A stretch of 64,000 bases of DNA from Armatimonadota bacterium (GTDB lineage Bacteria > Armatimonadota > SYMT01), in contig JBKBRF010000013.1 of NCBI GenBank assembly GCA_046292385.1, forward strand, positions 80,663 to 144,662. Reading direction: 5' to 3'. The notes below the pieces were generated by a model. The model did not search any database, was not told where the DNA came from, and saw only the letters and a program-made list of their open reading frames with translations. A program made the translations under genes and the position numbers. Of this stretch, positions 17,897 to 27,340 are shown in pieces; position 1 is the stretch's first letter; each line of letters opens with the position of its first letter.

Positions 17897-19240
17897 CTAG
17901 ATCCCGGCGAGGCGGGTGTCGGCGTCGCCGAAGTGCTGCAGCTTTACGTCCATCCGGTCCATCAGGGAGAGATAGAGGCTGCAGAGCTTGCGGTTCTCGT
18001 CGCCGTTCTGCCGGTAGTCGAGCACGCGGCCGGTAGCCAGGGTGCCGCCGAGGCCGCCGACCGTGAGGACCGGCAGGTGGGTATTGTCGTGCCGGGAGCC
18101 GGACCACATGTTGGAGAGCCAGAGGAGGCAGGTGTTGTCCAGCACCGTCCCCTCGCCTTCCGGAATGGCGTCCAGCTTCTCCGCCAGGTAGGCGAGCTGG
18201 CTCACGTAGAAGCGGGAGACGCGCTCGTAACCGTCGGAGGTGTCGCTGTGGGAGGCCGGATGGTGGGCGTCCCGCACGTCGAGGAACGGATAGAAGAGGC
18301 CGGAAAGGTCGCGGCACATCAGCATGGAGGCGATGCGCGTCTTGTCGGTCTGCAGCGCGAGGGCGACGATGTCGCACATCAGCTTCATGTGCTCGCGCAG
18401 GTCCTCCGGCAGGCCGTTGTCCGGCCGCTTCATCGCCGCGAGCGGCTTGCCCTGCGTCTTCGCCTTGTCGGCCGCCTTGGAGGCGTCGGCACGCATCCGC
18501 TGTGCCCGCTGCTCCACCTCGCGCACGCTGTTGAAGTACTCATCCAGCTTGGCGCGGTCGGTGGTGCTGATCTTGCCCCGCAGGGTGGCGGCTTCTTCGC
18601 GGACGCGGTCGAGGATGCTCTCGGTCCGCCGGCTGCCGCTGTTCTCGAAGAGGCTGTCGAAGGCGAGGGACGGATAGACCTCCGTCGGCACCGGCGACTC
18701 CTCGCTCTGCCAGGAGATGTGCGAGCTGTAGGCCATCGAGAAGTTGGTCTCGTGGTAGCCGGTGAGCGGCTGCTCGCAGGCAAGCACCAGGCTCGGCTGC
18801 ACCGTCTCCTGCCCGATGTGGTTCGCCAGCACCTGGTCGACGCTGATGCCGCCGCGCAGCACGGCGCCCCGCTGCAGCGGCATCCCGGAGAGGATGTTGC
18901 CGGTCATGCCGGGGTGGATGCCGACGCCGGTCGACGGCTTGTTGAAGAGGCCGTTGATGACGTTCAGCCTGGTCTTGAACGGCTCCAAGGGCTGGAGGCT
19001 CTTGCTGAGCTCCATCGCCGCGCCCTCGCCCTTCGCCCACCAGTGGTTCGGGCTGATGCCGTTCCCCATGAACTGCACCACGAACCGCTTCGGGAACGCC
19101 TGGGCGGCCTTGGCCCCCGCGGCGGGCGCGCCCCACACCGGGACCGACTCGAGCCACGGCAGGGCCATCACTACGCCCGCGCCATGAAGGAAGACCCGGC
19201 GCGAGAGCGGCCGGCGATTGTGCTTGTTGACGTCGCGCAT
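17897..19240 (-). CDS. DUF1552 domain protein (Tat-like signal)
   Basis: SRRVFLHGAGVVMALPWLES, GISVDQVLA, YPSLAFDSLF, DLREHMKLMCD, EGEGTVLDNT, HDNTHLP. Confidence 0.9.
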   Translation of the reverse strand: MRDVNKHNRRPLSRRVFLHGAGVVMALPWLESVPVWGAPAAGAKAAQAFPKRFVVQFMGNGISPNHWWAKGEGAAMELSKSLQPLEPFKTRLNVINGLFNKPSTGVGIHPGMTGNILSGMPLQRGAVLRGGISVDQVLANHIGQETVQPSLVLACEQPLTGYHETNFSMAYSSHISWQSEESPVPTEVYPSLAFDSLFENSGSRRTESILDRVREEAATLRGKISTTDRAKLDEYFNSVREVEQRAQRMRADASKAADKAKTQGKPLAAMKRPDNGLPEDLREHMKLMCDIVALALQTDKTRIASMLMCRDLSGLFYPFLDVRDAHHPASHSDTSDGYERVSRFYVSQLAYLAEKLDAIPEGEGTVLDNTCLLWLSNMWSGSRHDNTHLPVLTVGGLGGTLATGRVLDYRQNGDENRKLCSLYLSLMDRMDVKLQHFGDADTRLAGI

Positions 19241-19244
19241 GGTG

Positions 19245-22200
19245 CTAGTTTTCCACGGATTTCACAGAGGCTACCGGTCCGCGGCGGTACCGGAACTGCC
19301 GGCTGGTGACGATGCTCTCCACCAGCGTATCGAAGCGGTAGTCGTTCGCGGCCAGCCGCGCCCGCATCTGCCGGAGCAGCGGGTCGTCGGACGGCTGCAG
19401 GGTGCGTCCCAGGGAATAGGACAACAGCTTGCGGCAGAGGTTGTCGACAAAATCGTTCTGCCGCTGTTCGCGAATGAAGGCGATCAAGCCGGCGAGCCCC
19501 TTCCGGTCCCCGCCGGGGAACGGCGCGGCGGTATCGACCGGCTTGCCGCCCAGGTCGCGGGCTCGCACGTCTCCCACCGGCCCGTAGCCCTCGAAAACGA
19601 GGCCGTACGAGTCGAAGCGCGCGTGGCAGGGGGAGCAGGCGGGACTCTCCCGGTGCTTCTCAAGAAGCTGGCGCAGCGTCAGGTCGCCCAGCTTCTCTTC
19701 ATCCCCCGGCAGCTCCGGCACGGTGGGCGGCGGCGGGGGGATGTGCTCGCCGAGGACCCGGCGGACCACCCAGTAGCCGCGCTTCACGGGGCTGGTGCGG
19801 AGACCGGGCGAGTTCGCGGTCATGAAGACCGCCATCGGGAGCAGCCCGCCGCGGGAGTAGCGGTCGGCGTTCTCCACCCGCACCCAGCCGTTCTCCGGCA
19901 CCTTCACGTCGTCCATGCCGTAGTGACGCGCCAGCGGGGCGTTCACGAAGGTGTGCTTCCCGAAGAGCAGGTCGAGTACCGAGCGGTTCTGCTGGAACGT
20001 ATCGGTCAGGAACCGGACCGGCTCCTCGAACATCGCCGTCCGCAGCTCGTCGTTGAAGCTCTTGAACCGCTCGCGGTCGACGGCGTTGTGCTCCTCGAAC
20101 CGGCGGAAGTCGAGCCAGTTGCCGCCGAACTCCACCGCGAGGCGGCGGACGCGCGGATCGCTCAGCATGCGCCTTGCCTCCGACGCCAGCACTTCCGGCT
20201 GGTGCAGGTCGCCCGCTTTCGCGCGCGCCAGCAGCAGCGCGTCCGGGGCGCTGGACCAGAGGAAGTAGCTCAGCCGGCTCGCCAGCGCGTAGTCGGAGAG
20301 CGGCTGCAGCTTCTGGCCGCTCGGCAGCGTCACCGGGGCGGGGGCGGCCGCGGCGGCGCTCGCCGTGCGAACCTTCGCGCCGGAAGCGGCGGGGGCCGCC
20401 GGCCGCGCCGCGGGCGCGGAGGCTTCCAGGTCGACCCGGAAGAGGAAGTGGGGCGACATGAGCACGCTCACCACGCCGTCGCGGATCGCATCCTCGTGGC
20501 TCAGGCCGTCCTGCTCACGCATGGAGCGGTAGAACCCGGCCAGGCTCTCCCGCTCCGCCGTGGTGAGCGGGCGGCGGTAAGCGCGCTGGGCGAAGTCGAG
20601 CAGCGCCGTGACGTGAGACGGCTCCGCATCCTTGCGGGCCTTCTCGATGGCGCGGATGCTGCTGTTGACGATCCGGAAGTGCTCCTCGATCGCCTGGATC
20701 GTCACCGGCGAGGCGTTGTTCCGCTCCTGGCTGCGGCGCGCCTTCGCCAGGTAGAGCTCCGCCAGCTTCTTGATCTTCGCCTCGGAGGTGGCGTCGGCGT
20801 CTTCCGCCTTGGCGAAGTCGAACATCGGGTCATTGAGCGTATCGGTCTCCGCGCGCTCGTAGTGGAAGAACTCCAGGTGCATCCGCTCCGGGATGAAGGC
20901 GACGAAGTCGAAGTCGAGCCAGAGCCGGTCGAGCTTTCGGCGCCCCTCCTCGTCCAGGACCAGCTCCATCAGCGGAGTGTCGTCCCGGAAGTAGCCCATC
21001 GCGTTGTGCAGCCCGGCGCTCAGCAGGCGGCCCTTGTCGTTCGGGTCGTCGATGAACATCCGGCCGCGCTCGGAGATGTAAAACGCGTCCGGGAAGACGC
21101 TGCAGAACCGGGTGAAGGAGTCGACGAAGACGGCACGCTCTTTCTCGTCCCCCGGCACGAACAGCTCCGGATCGACCGGGTCGACGATGGTCCGCGTCCC
21201 CTCCGCCCGCGCGCCGAAGGTGCTGCTGCGGGTAACGGTGCGCGGCTTCGGCACTCCGTTCACCTGCAGCGCCTCGACGTTCAGCTTCCGCCGGTGAGAG
21301 GCGTACTGGCGGTTCTTCCACATCACGAAGCACTGCCCGCCCGGGGAGAAACCCGGGAGCCAGAGGTTGTCGAACTTGAACGCCACCTTCTTGCGCAGGC
21401 CGGTCACCCAATCGCGGATCGCCGCGCTCATCCCCCGCGCGGTCTCTTCCGATTTCCCCTGCGGGGCCGGCATCGCGCTCCACATCTGTTGGAGCTTGGC
21501 GATCGGGCCAACTTTCTCGCCGGGAGCGGTGAGCGTCTTCCAGACCGTCTCGAGATAACGCGGGCTGACGCGCGACTGCGCCGCCACGTCGGCCAGACTC
21601 GCCTGCGGCATGCCGAGCGCGGCACGGTGGCGGTAGCGCCACGCCGCGAGGAAGTAGTCCGCCAGGTCGGTCGGCTGCTGCTTGTAGAAGTCGACGATCC
21701 GCAGGATGCTGTACTTGTCCCGGTCGGTCGGCGCGAGCGTGGGGTGCGGCGCGAAGTCGAACCCTTCCGGCTTCAGGACCAGGTGATCGGCCACCGTCCG
21801 CGCCGCCTGAACGTACTTCCGGGTCAGCGCGGGGGAGACGGTGAGCGACTCGCCGGAGTTGTCGAAGCCCTCCTGGTTGGCGGGGTCGACCGGGAACTCC
21901 TTCGTCGGCCGGATGTCGACGCCGGTCAGGTCGCGGACGGTGTAGTCGTACTCCGCGTTGCTCAAGCGCCGCGCCAGCACCAGGCCGGGATCGCCCGCGT
22001 TCCGGTTCGCCTCGTACTCCCGGAGCGCCTGGATCCAGCCGATCACCGCCTTCCGCTGCGCCGCGCTCGGCTGCTTGGCGTTGGGCGGCGGCATCTGCTC
22101 CACCGCCATCCGCTCCAGCACCAGCGACCAGTGGCCGAAGTCGCTCGCCACCGAGGCCATGGTGGTGTAGCCGCTCAGGTCGAGCTGGGCCTGCGGCTTG

Positions 22201-22439
22201 TTCGCCCCGTGGCAGCCGATGCAGTAGCTCTGCATGAACGGCCGCACCACCCGGGTAAAGCGCTGCTCCAGCTCCTGCTTCGTCGGCGCGGCGGGCTTCG
22301 CGGCCGGCTTTGCGGGAGGCTTAGGCTTTGCCGGCGCAGCGCCGGAGGCAGCGACGCCGGTCACCACGGCGGCGAGCATGGCGGCCGCCGAGGCGAACAA
22401 CCCCAGCGCGGGAGGACGGGATTTCAAGCGGTCGGTCAT
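19245..22439 (-). CDS. DUF1592/DUF1587/DUF1588/DUF1595/DUF1585 (PSD) protein with c-type heme motifs
   Basis: CIGCH and CSPCH, RRLSNAEYDYTVRDL, RAYRRP, LASRLSYFLWSS, TSPVKRGYWV. Confidence 0.9.
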   Translation of the reverse strand: MTDRLKSRPPALGLFASAAAMLAAVVTGVAASGAAPAKPKPPAKPAAKPAAPTKQELEQRFTRVVRPFMQSYCIGCHGANKPQAQLDLSGYTTMASVASDFGHWSLVLERMAVEQMPPPNAKQPSAAQRKAVIGWIQALREYEANRNAGDPGLVLARRLSNAEYDYTVRDLTGVDIRPTKEFPVDPANQEGFDNSGESLTVSPALTRKYVQAARTVADHLVLKPEGFDFAPHPTLAPTDRDKYSILRIVDFYKQQPTDLADYFLAAWRYRHRAALGMPQASLADVAAQSRVSPRYLETVWKTLTAPGEKVGPIAKLQQMWSAMPAPQGKSEETARGMSAAIRDWVTGLRKKVAFKFDNLWLPGFSPGGQCFVMWKNRQYASHRRKLNVEALQVNGVPKPRTVTRSSTFGARAEGTRTIVDPVDPELFVPGDEKERAVFVDSFTRFCSVFPDAFYISERGRMFIDDPNDKGRLLSAGLHNAMGYFRDDTPLMELVLDEEGRRKLDRLWLDFDFVAFIPERMHLEFFHYERAETDTLNDPMFDFAKAEDADATSEAKIKKLAELYLAKARRSQERNNASPVTIQAIEEHFRIVNSSIRAIEKARKDAEPSHVTALLDFAQRAYRRPLTTAERESLAGFYRSMREQDGLSHEDAIRDGVVSVLMSPHFLFRVDLEASAPAARPAAPAASGAKVRTASAAAAAPAPVTLPSGQKLQPLSDYALASRLSYFLWSSAPDALLLARAKAGDLHQPEVLASEARRMLSDPRVRRLAVEFGGNWLDFRRFEEHNAVDRERFKSFNDELRTAMFEEPVRFLTDTFQQNRSVLDLLFGKHTFVNAPLARHYGMDDVKVPENGWVRVENADRYSRGGLLPMAVFMTANSPGLRTSPVKRGYWVVRRVLGEHIPPPPPTVPELPGDEEKLGDLTLRQLLEKHRESPACSPCHARFDSYGLVFEGYGPVGDVRARDLGGKPVDTAAPFPGGDRKGLAGLIAFIREQRQNDFVDNLCRKLLSYSLGRTLQPSDDPLLRQMRARLAANDYRFDTLVESIVTSRQFRYRRGPVASVKSVEN

Positions 22440-22842
22440 AAACTTCTATCGTTCCCCACCGGTGCCGCACGGAGCTTGCCCCTGCGGACGGCTGGAAGCG
22501 GCTCCAGTAATAAAGCGGCTGTAGTAATAAGGATAGCCGAGAGGCAGGCCGGGTTTCAGGCTTCCCCTCCCCCGGGGGCGAAGCTCCCAGAGAACTCCAA
22601 GACTGCACCCCGGAACGGCGGCCGCCCGGATGTAGATACGCCCGCGGGCGCGGGCGATGTCACCGAGGAGCCAACCTCTCGCATGCAGGCGCGGGCGGCG
22701 GGGCTCGCCGCCTCGGAGCGGGAGACCCTGCCGCTTGCCGTGGAGCTACTCCAGGTCGGTCTGCCTTCTGAGTTAAGAGTTGTCGATGACCCTCCAGGTC
22801 ACCCGCGACCAGGAAAGTGCGGCGGCGGTTCCTGCTCACGGG

Positions 22843-22886
22843 GCCTCATCCTCGATCCTTCTCAGGGAAGGGGGTTGGGGGTTAGG
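22843..22886. repeat. Degenerate CCTCACCCCC...GGGGGTGAGG palindromic repeat
   Basis: CCTCATCCTCGATCCTTCTCAGGGAAGGGGTTGGGGGTTAGG resembles the perfect copy at 54399-54447. Confidence 0.45.
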
Positions 22887-22937
22887 CCGCGCCGGAGTGC
22901 TGACCCGCCGTGCTACAGCTCAACGGCTGTTTTCAGA

Positions 22938-23056
22938 GCAGTAGGAGTAGGAGAACGAGTAGGAGAAGGAGCCATTCTAAGGACGGAATGCAGAGGACCG
23001 AACCTTCGTTTGCAGGGTTTGAATTCCGAGCTCCGCCCTCTGCACTCCGCCCTTAG
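22938..23056. repeat. GGAGTA/GGAGAA hexamer tract followed by an inverted heptamer-type repeat
   Basis: GCAGTAGGAGTAGGAGAACGAGTAGGAGAAGGAG, then CTAAGGACGGAATGCAGAGG...CCTCTGCACTCCGCCCTTAG. Confidence 0.6.
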
Positions 23057-23082
23057 GAGATCCCCTTACTACGGAGAGAACG

Positions 23083-23526
23083 ATGTACGATCCGGAGCGG
23101 CCGTATAGCCAGCGGGACGTGATGAACATGCTGACGGAGCGGCTGCCGGCCGGGAAGTACACCTGGATTCGGGATCCGGAAGGCAACCCGTCCGTGCAGG
23201 CGTACGGCGCGAGCTTCCTGCCGTCGCAGCCGGTCTACGTGCAGTACCGCCCCAGCGTGGTCAAGATGCAGCTGCGCTTCACGCCGCGGCGGATCTCACC
23301 CTCCCGCGAGGAGGAGCTCTGGCAGGCGGCGGAGGCGGCGCGGGGCGCGCTGCGGCAGGCGGGGGTCTCCGCGCGGCGGCAGCCGGGGCGGACGCAGGAG
23401 ACGGAGCGGGACGAGCAGTGGGTGCTCACCATTCCGGAGCGCCTCTCCGAGGCCGGATACGACGCGCTGGGGGACTGGGTGGCGCTGGCGGCCGGCTGCA
23501 TGGGGATAGAGGCCGCCCGGGAGTGA
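23083..23526 (+). CDS. Hypothetical protein
   Basis: GGAGAG RBS plus ATG, GC3-rich codon usage, followed by a hairpin. Confidence 0.7.
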   Translation: MYDPERPYSQRDVMNMLTERLPAGKYTWIRDPEGNPSVQAYGASFLPSQPVYVQYRPSVVKMQLRFTPRRISPSREEELWQAAEAARGALRQAGVSARRQPGRTQETERDEQWVLTIPERLSEAGYDALGDWVALAAGCMGIEAARE

Positions 23527-23530
23527 AGCG

Positions 23531-23556
23531 GCCGGGCGGGAGCGCTCCCGCCCGGC
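23531..23556. terminator. Hairpin between convergent genes (putative bidirectional terminator)
   Basis: Perfect palindrome GCCGGGCGGGAGC|GCTCCCGCCCGGC. No U-tract. Confidence 0.5.
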
Positions 23557-23564
23557 CCGGAACA

Positions 23565-24107
23565 TCAGGCGGCGTGGGCGAGCACCCGGCGCTCCTGCTC
23601 CACACGGTCGACGTCCGCCGCGTCGATCTCCACGCTGACCGCCTGGTTGACGTAGTCGATTGACAGGACCAGCCGGTGCCGGCTCTCGGCAACCCGCAGG
23701 AGCTGACCCTCCGCGCCGATGAGCGGTCCGCGGATCACCCGCACCCGCTCGCCGGCCTTCAGGTACGGGTGCCCCTCCGCGTTGACGGCGGCGGCGAGGG
23801 CGGTGCGGAGCGACTCCACCTGCGCCTCCGGGATGACGGCAGGCTTGCCCACGCTGTCCACCAGGTGGATCACGCCGGCAGAGCGCTTCAGCAGCGCCCG
23901 TGTCTCCGCATAGAGGACGCACTTCACGAAGAGGTAACCCGGGAGCGCCGGCACCTCGATCGTCAGCTTCCGGTCCTTGCGGCTGCTCCAGGTGCGCCGG
24001 AGGGGAAGGTAGACTTCCAGCCCCTGGCGAGCCAGGAACGTAGCAACCTGCTTTTCGTGACGGCTTCGGGTGTATACGGCATACCACGCCGCTTGATGAC
24101 TGGACAT
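23565..24107 (-). CDS. NusG-paralog transcription antiterminator (UpxY/RfaH-like)
   Basis: WYAVYTRSRHEKQV, YLP, LPGYLFV (NGN domain) and GERVRVIRGPLIGAEG (KOW domain). Confidence 0.9.
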   Translation of the reverse strand: MSSHQAAWYAVYTRSRHEKQVATFLARQGLEVYLPLRRTWSSRKDRKLTIEVPALPGYLFVKCVLYAETRALLKRSAGVIHLVDSVGKPAVIPEAQVESLRTALAAAVNAEGHPYLKAGERVRVIRGPLIGAEGQLLRVAESRHRLVLSIDYVNQAVSVEIDAADVDRVEQERRVLAHAA

Positions 24108-24663
24108 CAGGGATACTGCTTCCTGTTCAAACGCTCGAGCGGAGAAATGGTCGGGGAGACGGATGTCGGCGCCACACTGGAAAGGTAGCCCGGCTGCCGG
24201 CCCGCTTCAATCCCCCGGCCCCTAAATAACCGCTAAGGATGGGCCGGACACCGTACGTTCGCATGTCGGACGCAGATGGCAAACGAGCTACCTTACTGCG
24301 TACGAATTTAGAGACATGTGCTTGCCGGCACATGGGCCGGAGATTTCGCAGTTACTCCTATAGCCGCACCTCGGTTGCTCTGCAAGCCCTAACGGTACAG
24401 AGCGGCTCGCGCCCGGAAAACTTCCCCTTTTCCCCCTCAAGTAAAGTCCGTTTGGCACCCATAATCGCCCTTGAGCGCGGTCGAATTGCAACAGCACGGT
24501 CCGCGCCGCCGGCCAGGAGCGTTTCTCCCCGCAACGTCCTGTACGCCCCGGAAGTCGGCGCCAGCAAAGAAACGGCTGCCCGTCAGCCGAGATAGCCCGG
24601 AAGTCGCTCTCCCCACGGCGCGGCTCCGGAAGACCACTGGTCCGATCAGAAGGAGTAACCCCT

Positions 24664-26742
24664 ATGTTGCGGCAGAGCTCTCTGCTGCGCGCCGGTCTCG
24701 CGGCCCTGGCCGCTTCCGGCACGCTGCTCAGTTCCGGCGCGTTCGCCGTGCCGACCGAAGTCCCCGCTGCTCCCGCGGCCTACGCGCGCGGCCGTATCCT
24801 GGTCCGGTTCCGGCAGAACGTGCCGGCTGCCCGGGGGGCAGCGCTCGCTTCCGCGCTGGGCGGGCGCTCGGTCGCGGCCCTCCGCGCCAGCGGCATGCAG
24901 GTGGTGCAGCTTCCGCAGGGGGTGGACGAGCAGACGGCGGTGCGGGCCTTCGCGGCCCGGCCGGAGGTGGAGTCGGCGCAGCTCGACCGCGCGTTCCCGC
25001 CGGAGCGGCTGCCGAACGACCCCTACTACGCCTCCGCCTGGCACCTCGCCAAGATCGGCGGGCCGTCGGCCTGGGACGTCACTACCGGTGACGCCGGCGT
25101 GACGATCGCGATCCTCGACTCCGGCGTGGACGGGACGCATCCGGACCTCGCCGGCCGGATGGTGCCGGGGTGGAACTTCTACGATAACAACTCCAACACC
25201 TCGGACGTGCAGGGGCACGGGACCAACGTGGCGGGCGCGGCGGCGGCGGCCACCAACAACGGCGCCGGCGTGGCGGCGGTGGCGTGGAACTGCCGCCTGA
25301 TGCCGGTCCGCGTTACCGACACGGGCGGCTATGCCTACGAGTCGACCCTTTCCAAGGGCCTGGAGTTCGCCGCGAACAACGGCGCCCGGGTGGCGAACCT
25401 GAGCTTCGCCGTGAGCAGCAGCGTCATCGTCAAGAGCGCGGCGCAGTACTTCCAGAGCAAGGGCGGCGTGGTCACCGTCTCCGCGGGGAACGCGAGCACC
25501 TTCGACAGCTCCGCCGACAACCCGTACGTGCTGACGGTGAGCGCCACCGACTCCTCGGACAACAAGGCGTCCTGGTCGAACACCGGCAACAACGTCGACC
25601 TCGCCGCACCCGGCGTCAGCATCTACACCACGGCCCGGGGCGGCGGCTACCTGATGAAGTCCGGCACCTCGTTCTCCGCGCCGGTCGTCGCCGGCGTCGC
25701 CGCGCTGATGCTCTCCGCCAACCCCGCGCTCACGCCGGCGGAGGTGGAGCAGGCGCTGGAGCAGGGCGCGCTGGACCGCGGCACCGCGGGCTGGGACACC
25801 GACTTCGGCTGGGGCCGCGTCAACGCCGCCGAAGCGCTCCGCCTGAGCGGCGGCAGCACCCCCGGGGACCAGGAGCCGCCGACGGTGAGCCTCACCGCAC
25901 CCGCGGCCGGCGCCACCGTGGCGGGACTGGCGACGGTCTCCGTCTCCGCGGCGGACAACACCGGGGTGACCGGCGTCGACTTCTACGTCAACGGCGTGAA
26001 GCAGGCGACCGACACCACCGCCCCGTACAGCTTCGGCTGGAGCACCATCTCCCTCGCGAACGGCAGCTACGCGCTTAGCGCGGTGGCGGCGGACGCCGCG
26101 GGTAACACCGCTTCCGCCCAGATCAGCGTCAACGTGAGCAACGCCGTCACCGATACGCAGGCGCCCAGCGTGAGCATCAGCAGCCCCGGCAGCGGCGCCA
26201 CCGTCCTCGGTAACACGGTGATCGGCGCGAGCGCCACCGATAACGTGGGCGTCTCTTACGTCGACTTCTACGTCGATGGCGTGAAGCTGGCGACCGACAC
26301 GGCGGCGCCCTACAGCTACACCTGGAACACCACCACGCTGGCGAACGGCAGCCACACGGTGAAGGTGGTCGCGGTCGACGCGGCCGGCAATGCCGGCTCG
26401 GCGCAGATCGGCGTCACGGTGAGCAACTCCACCGCCGACACTACCAGGCCGACCGTCTCCGTCACCTCCCCCACCGCGGGCGCAGGCGTCGACCGGCATC
26501 TCTACGTCTACGTGTCGGCCAGCGACAACGTCGGCGTGAAGCGGGTGGAGCTGTTCGTGGACGGCAGGTACGTCGCCGCGCAGACGGCGGCGCCGTTCAC
26601 TACCTACGTAGACACCAAGAAGTGGAGCAAAGGCGGCCACACCCTCCAGGTGCGGGCGTACGACGCCGCCGGCAACTCGGGGAGCTCCGCCCTCGTTACC
26701 GTCTACCAGGGCATCGCCGGATCCGGGAAGCGCGGGAAATAA
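24664..26742 (+). CDS. S8 subtilisin-like serine protease with prodomain and three Ig-like (Big_7-type) domains
   Basis: Catalytic triad ILDSG, HGT, SGTSFSAP. Three D..PTVS.T.P...APY.F.W.T repeats. AAGGAG RBS. Confidence 0.93.
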   Translation: MLRQSSLLRAGLAALAASGTLLSSGAFAVPTEVPAAPAAYARGRILVRFRQNVPAARGAALASALGGRSVAALRASGMQVVQLPQGVDEQTAVRAFAARPEVESAQLDRAFPPERLPNDPYYASAWHLAKIGGPSAWDVTTGDAGVTIAILDSGVDGTHPDLAGRMVPGWNFYDNNSNTSDVQGHGTNVAGAAAAATNNGAGVAAVAWNCRLMPVRVTDTGGYAYESTLSKGLEFAANNGARVANLSFAVSSSVIVKSAAQYFQSKGGVVTVSAGNASTFDSSADNPYVLTVSATDSSDNKASWSNTGNNVDLAAPGVSIYTTARGGGYLMKSGTSFSAPVVAGVAALMLSANPALTPAEVEQALEQGALDRGTAGWDTDFGWGRVNAAEALRLSGGSTPGDQEPPTVSLTAPAAGATVAGLATVSVSAADNTGVTGVDFYVNGVKQATDTTAPYSFGWSTISLANGSYALSAVAADAAGNTASAQISVNVSNAVTDTQAPSVSISSPGSGATVLGNTVIGASATDNVGVSYVDFYVDGVKLATDTAAPYSYTWNTTTLANGSHTVKVVAVDAAGNAGSAQIGVTVSNSTADTTRPTVSVTSPTAGAGVDRHLYVYVSASDNVGVKRVELFVDGRYVAAQTAAPFTTYVDTKKWSKGGHTLQVRAYDAAGNSGSSALVTVYQGIAGSGKRGK

Positions 26743-26767
26743 GGCGCGTCCGGGGTTCGTGAGACGT

Positions 26768-26794
26768 CGGGCCGGAGGGAAGCCCTCCGGCCCG
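26768..26794. terminator. Hairpin between convergent genes
   Basis: CGGGCCGGAGGG-AAG-CCCTCCGGCCCG, a 12-bp perfect stem. Confidence 0.55.
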
Positions 26795-26802
26795 TCCTCG
26801 CG

Positions 26803-27114
26803 TCAGGAGCCGGCGCCGCCCTTGAACATCTCGGAGGCCTGCTGCGCCACGTGCCGGATCTCGTCCATCCCGCCGTGCCGCTGGAACTCCTCGGCGGCGC
26901 GCTGCAGCTCCATCGCCTTGCGCTGCAGGTAGGTGCGGTGACGCAGGCCAATAACGAGCAGCGTGATTCCGGCCGCCGCGACAAGCACCCCCTCCGGCCA
27001 CAGCGGAATGGGCCGGTCGGTCGGATCGGTGGGACGGATCGACGCCGAAGTCGGCGTGGAGATCGGCTCGGTAGGCGGCGCCACCCCGGCGCTGCTGCCT
27101 GTCGTATCGCTCAT
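26803..27114 (-). CDS. Small single-TM hypothetical protein
   Basis: GAGGGG RBS, one hydrophobic helix followed by an amphipathic tail. Confidence 0.65.
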   Translation of the reverse strand: MSDTTGSSAGVAPPTEPISTPTSASIRPTDPTDRPIPLWPEGVLVAAAGITLLVIGLRHRTYLQRKAMELQRAAEEFQRHGGMDEIRHVAQQASEMFKGGAGS

Positions 27115-27340
27115 GCTCTTCCCCTCGGGCTCCCGTGACGTCCCGGCACCTTCCGGTAGTCATGCGGACGCTAATCTATACCCTGCCCGGGCGGCCGCAA
27201 ACCACCCACCCGCCCGCTCTCTTATGATACAGGCAGGCGAAACACCCGAGAGGGCACTGCAGGCCGGGATAGGTGAACCGCGGTCGAAGGCCGAACATCC
27301 CCCCGACGGCGAGGCCGGGCGTGGGGCGGGCGAGAACGCG

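Noticed and set aside
24180..24300. GGCAGCCGGGCTACC (minus strand), like the 3' end of a c-di-GMP-I riboswitch upstream of the NusG paralog
   Set aside because: No GCAAA / GAAA-tetraloop / ACGCAAA 5' half at a suitable distance. No exact ops (GGCGGTAG) element either.
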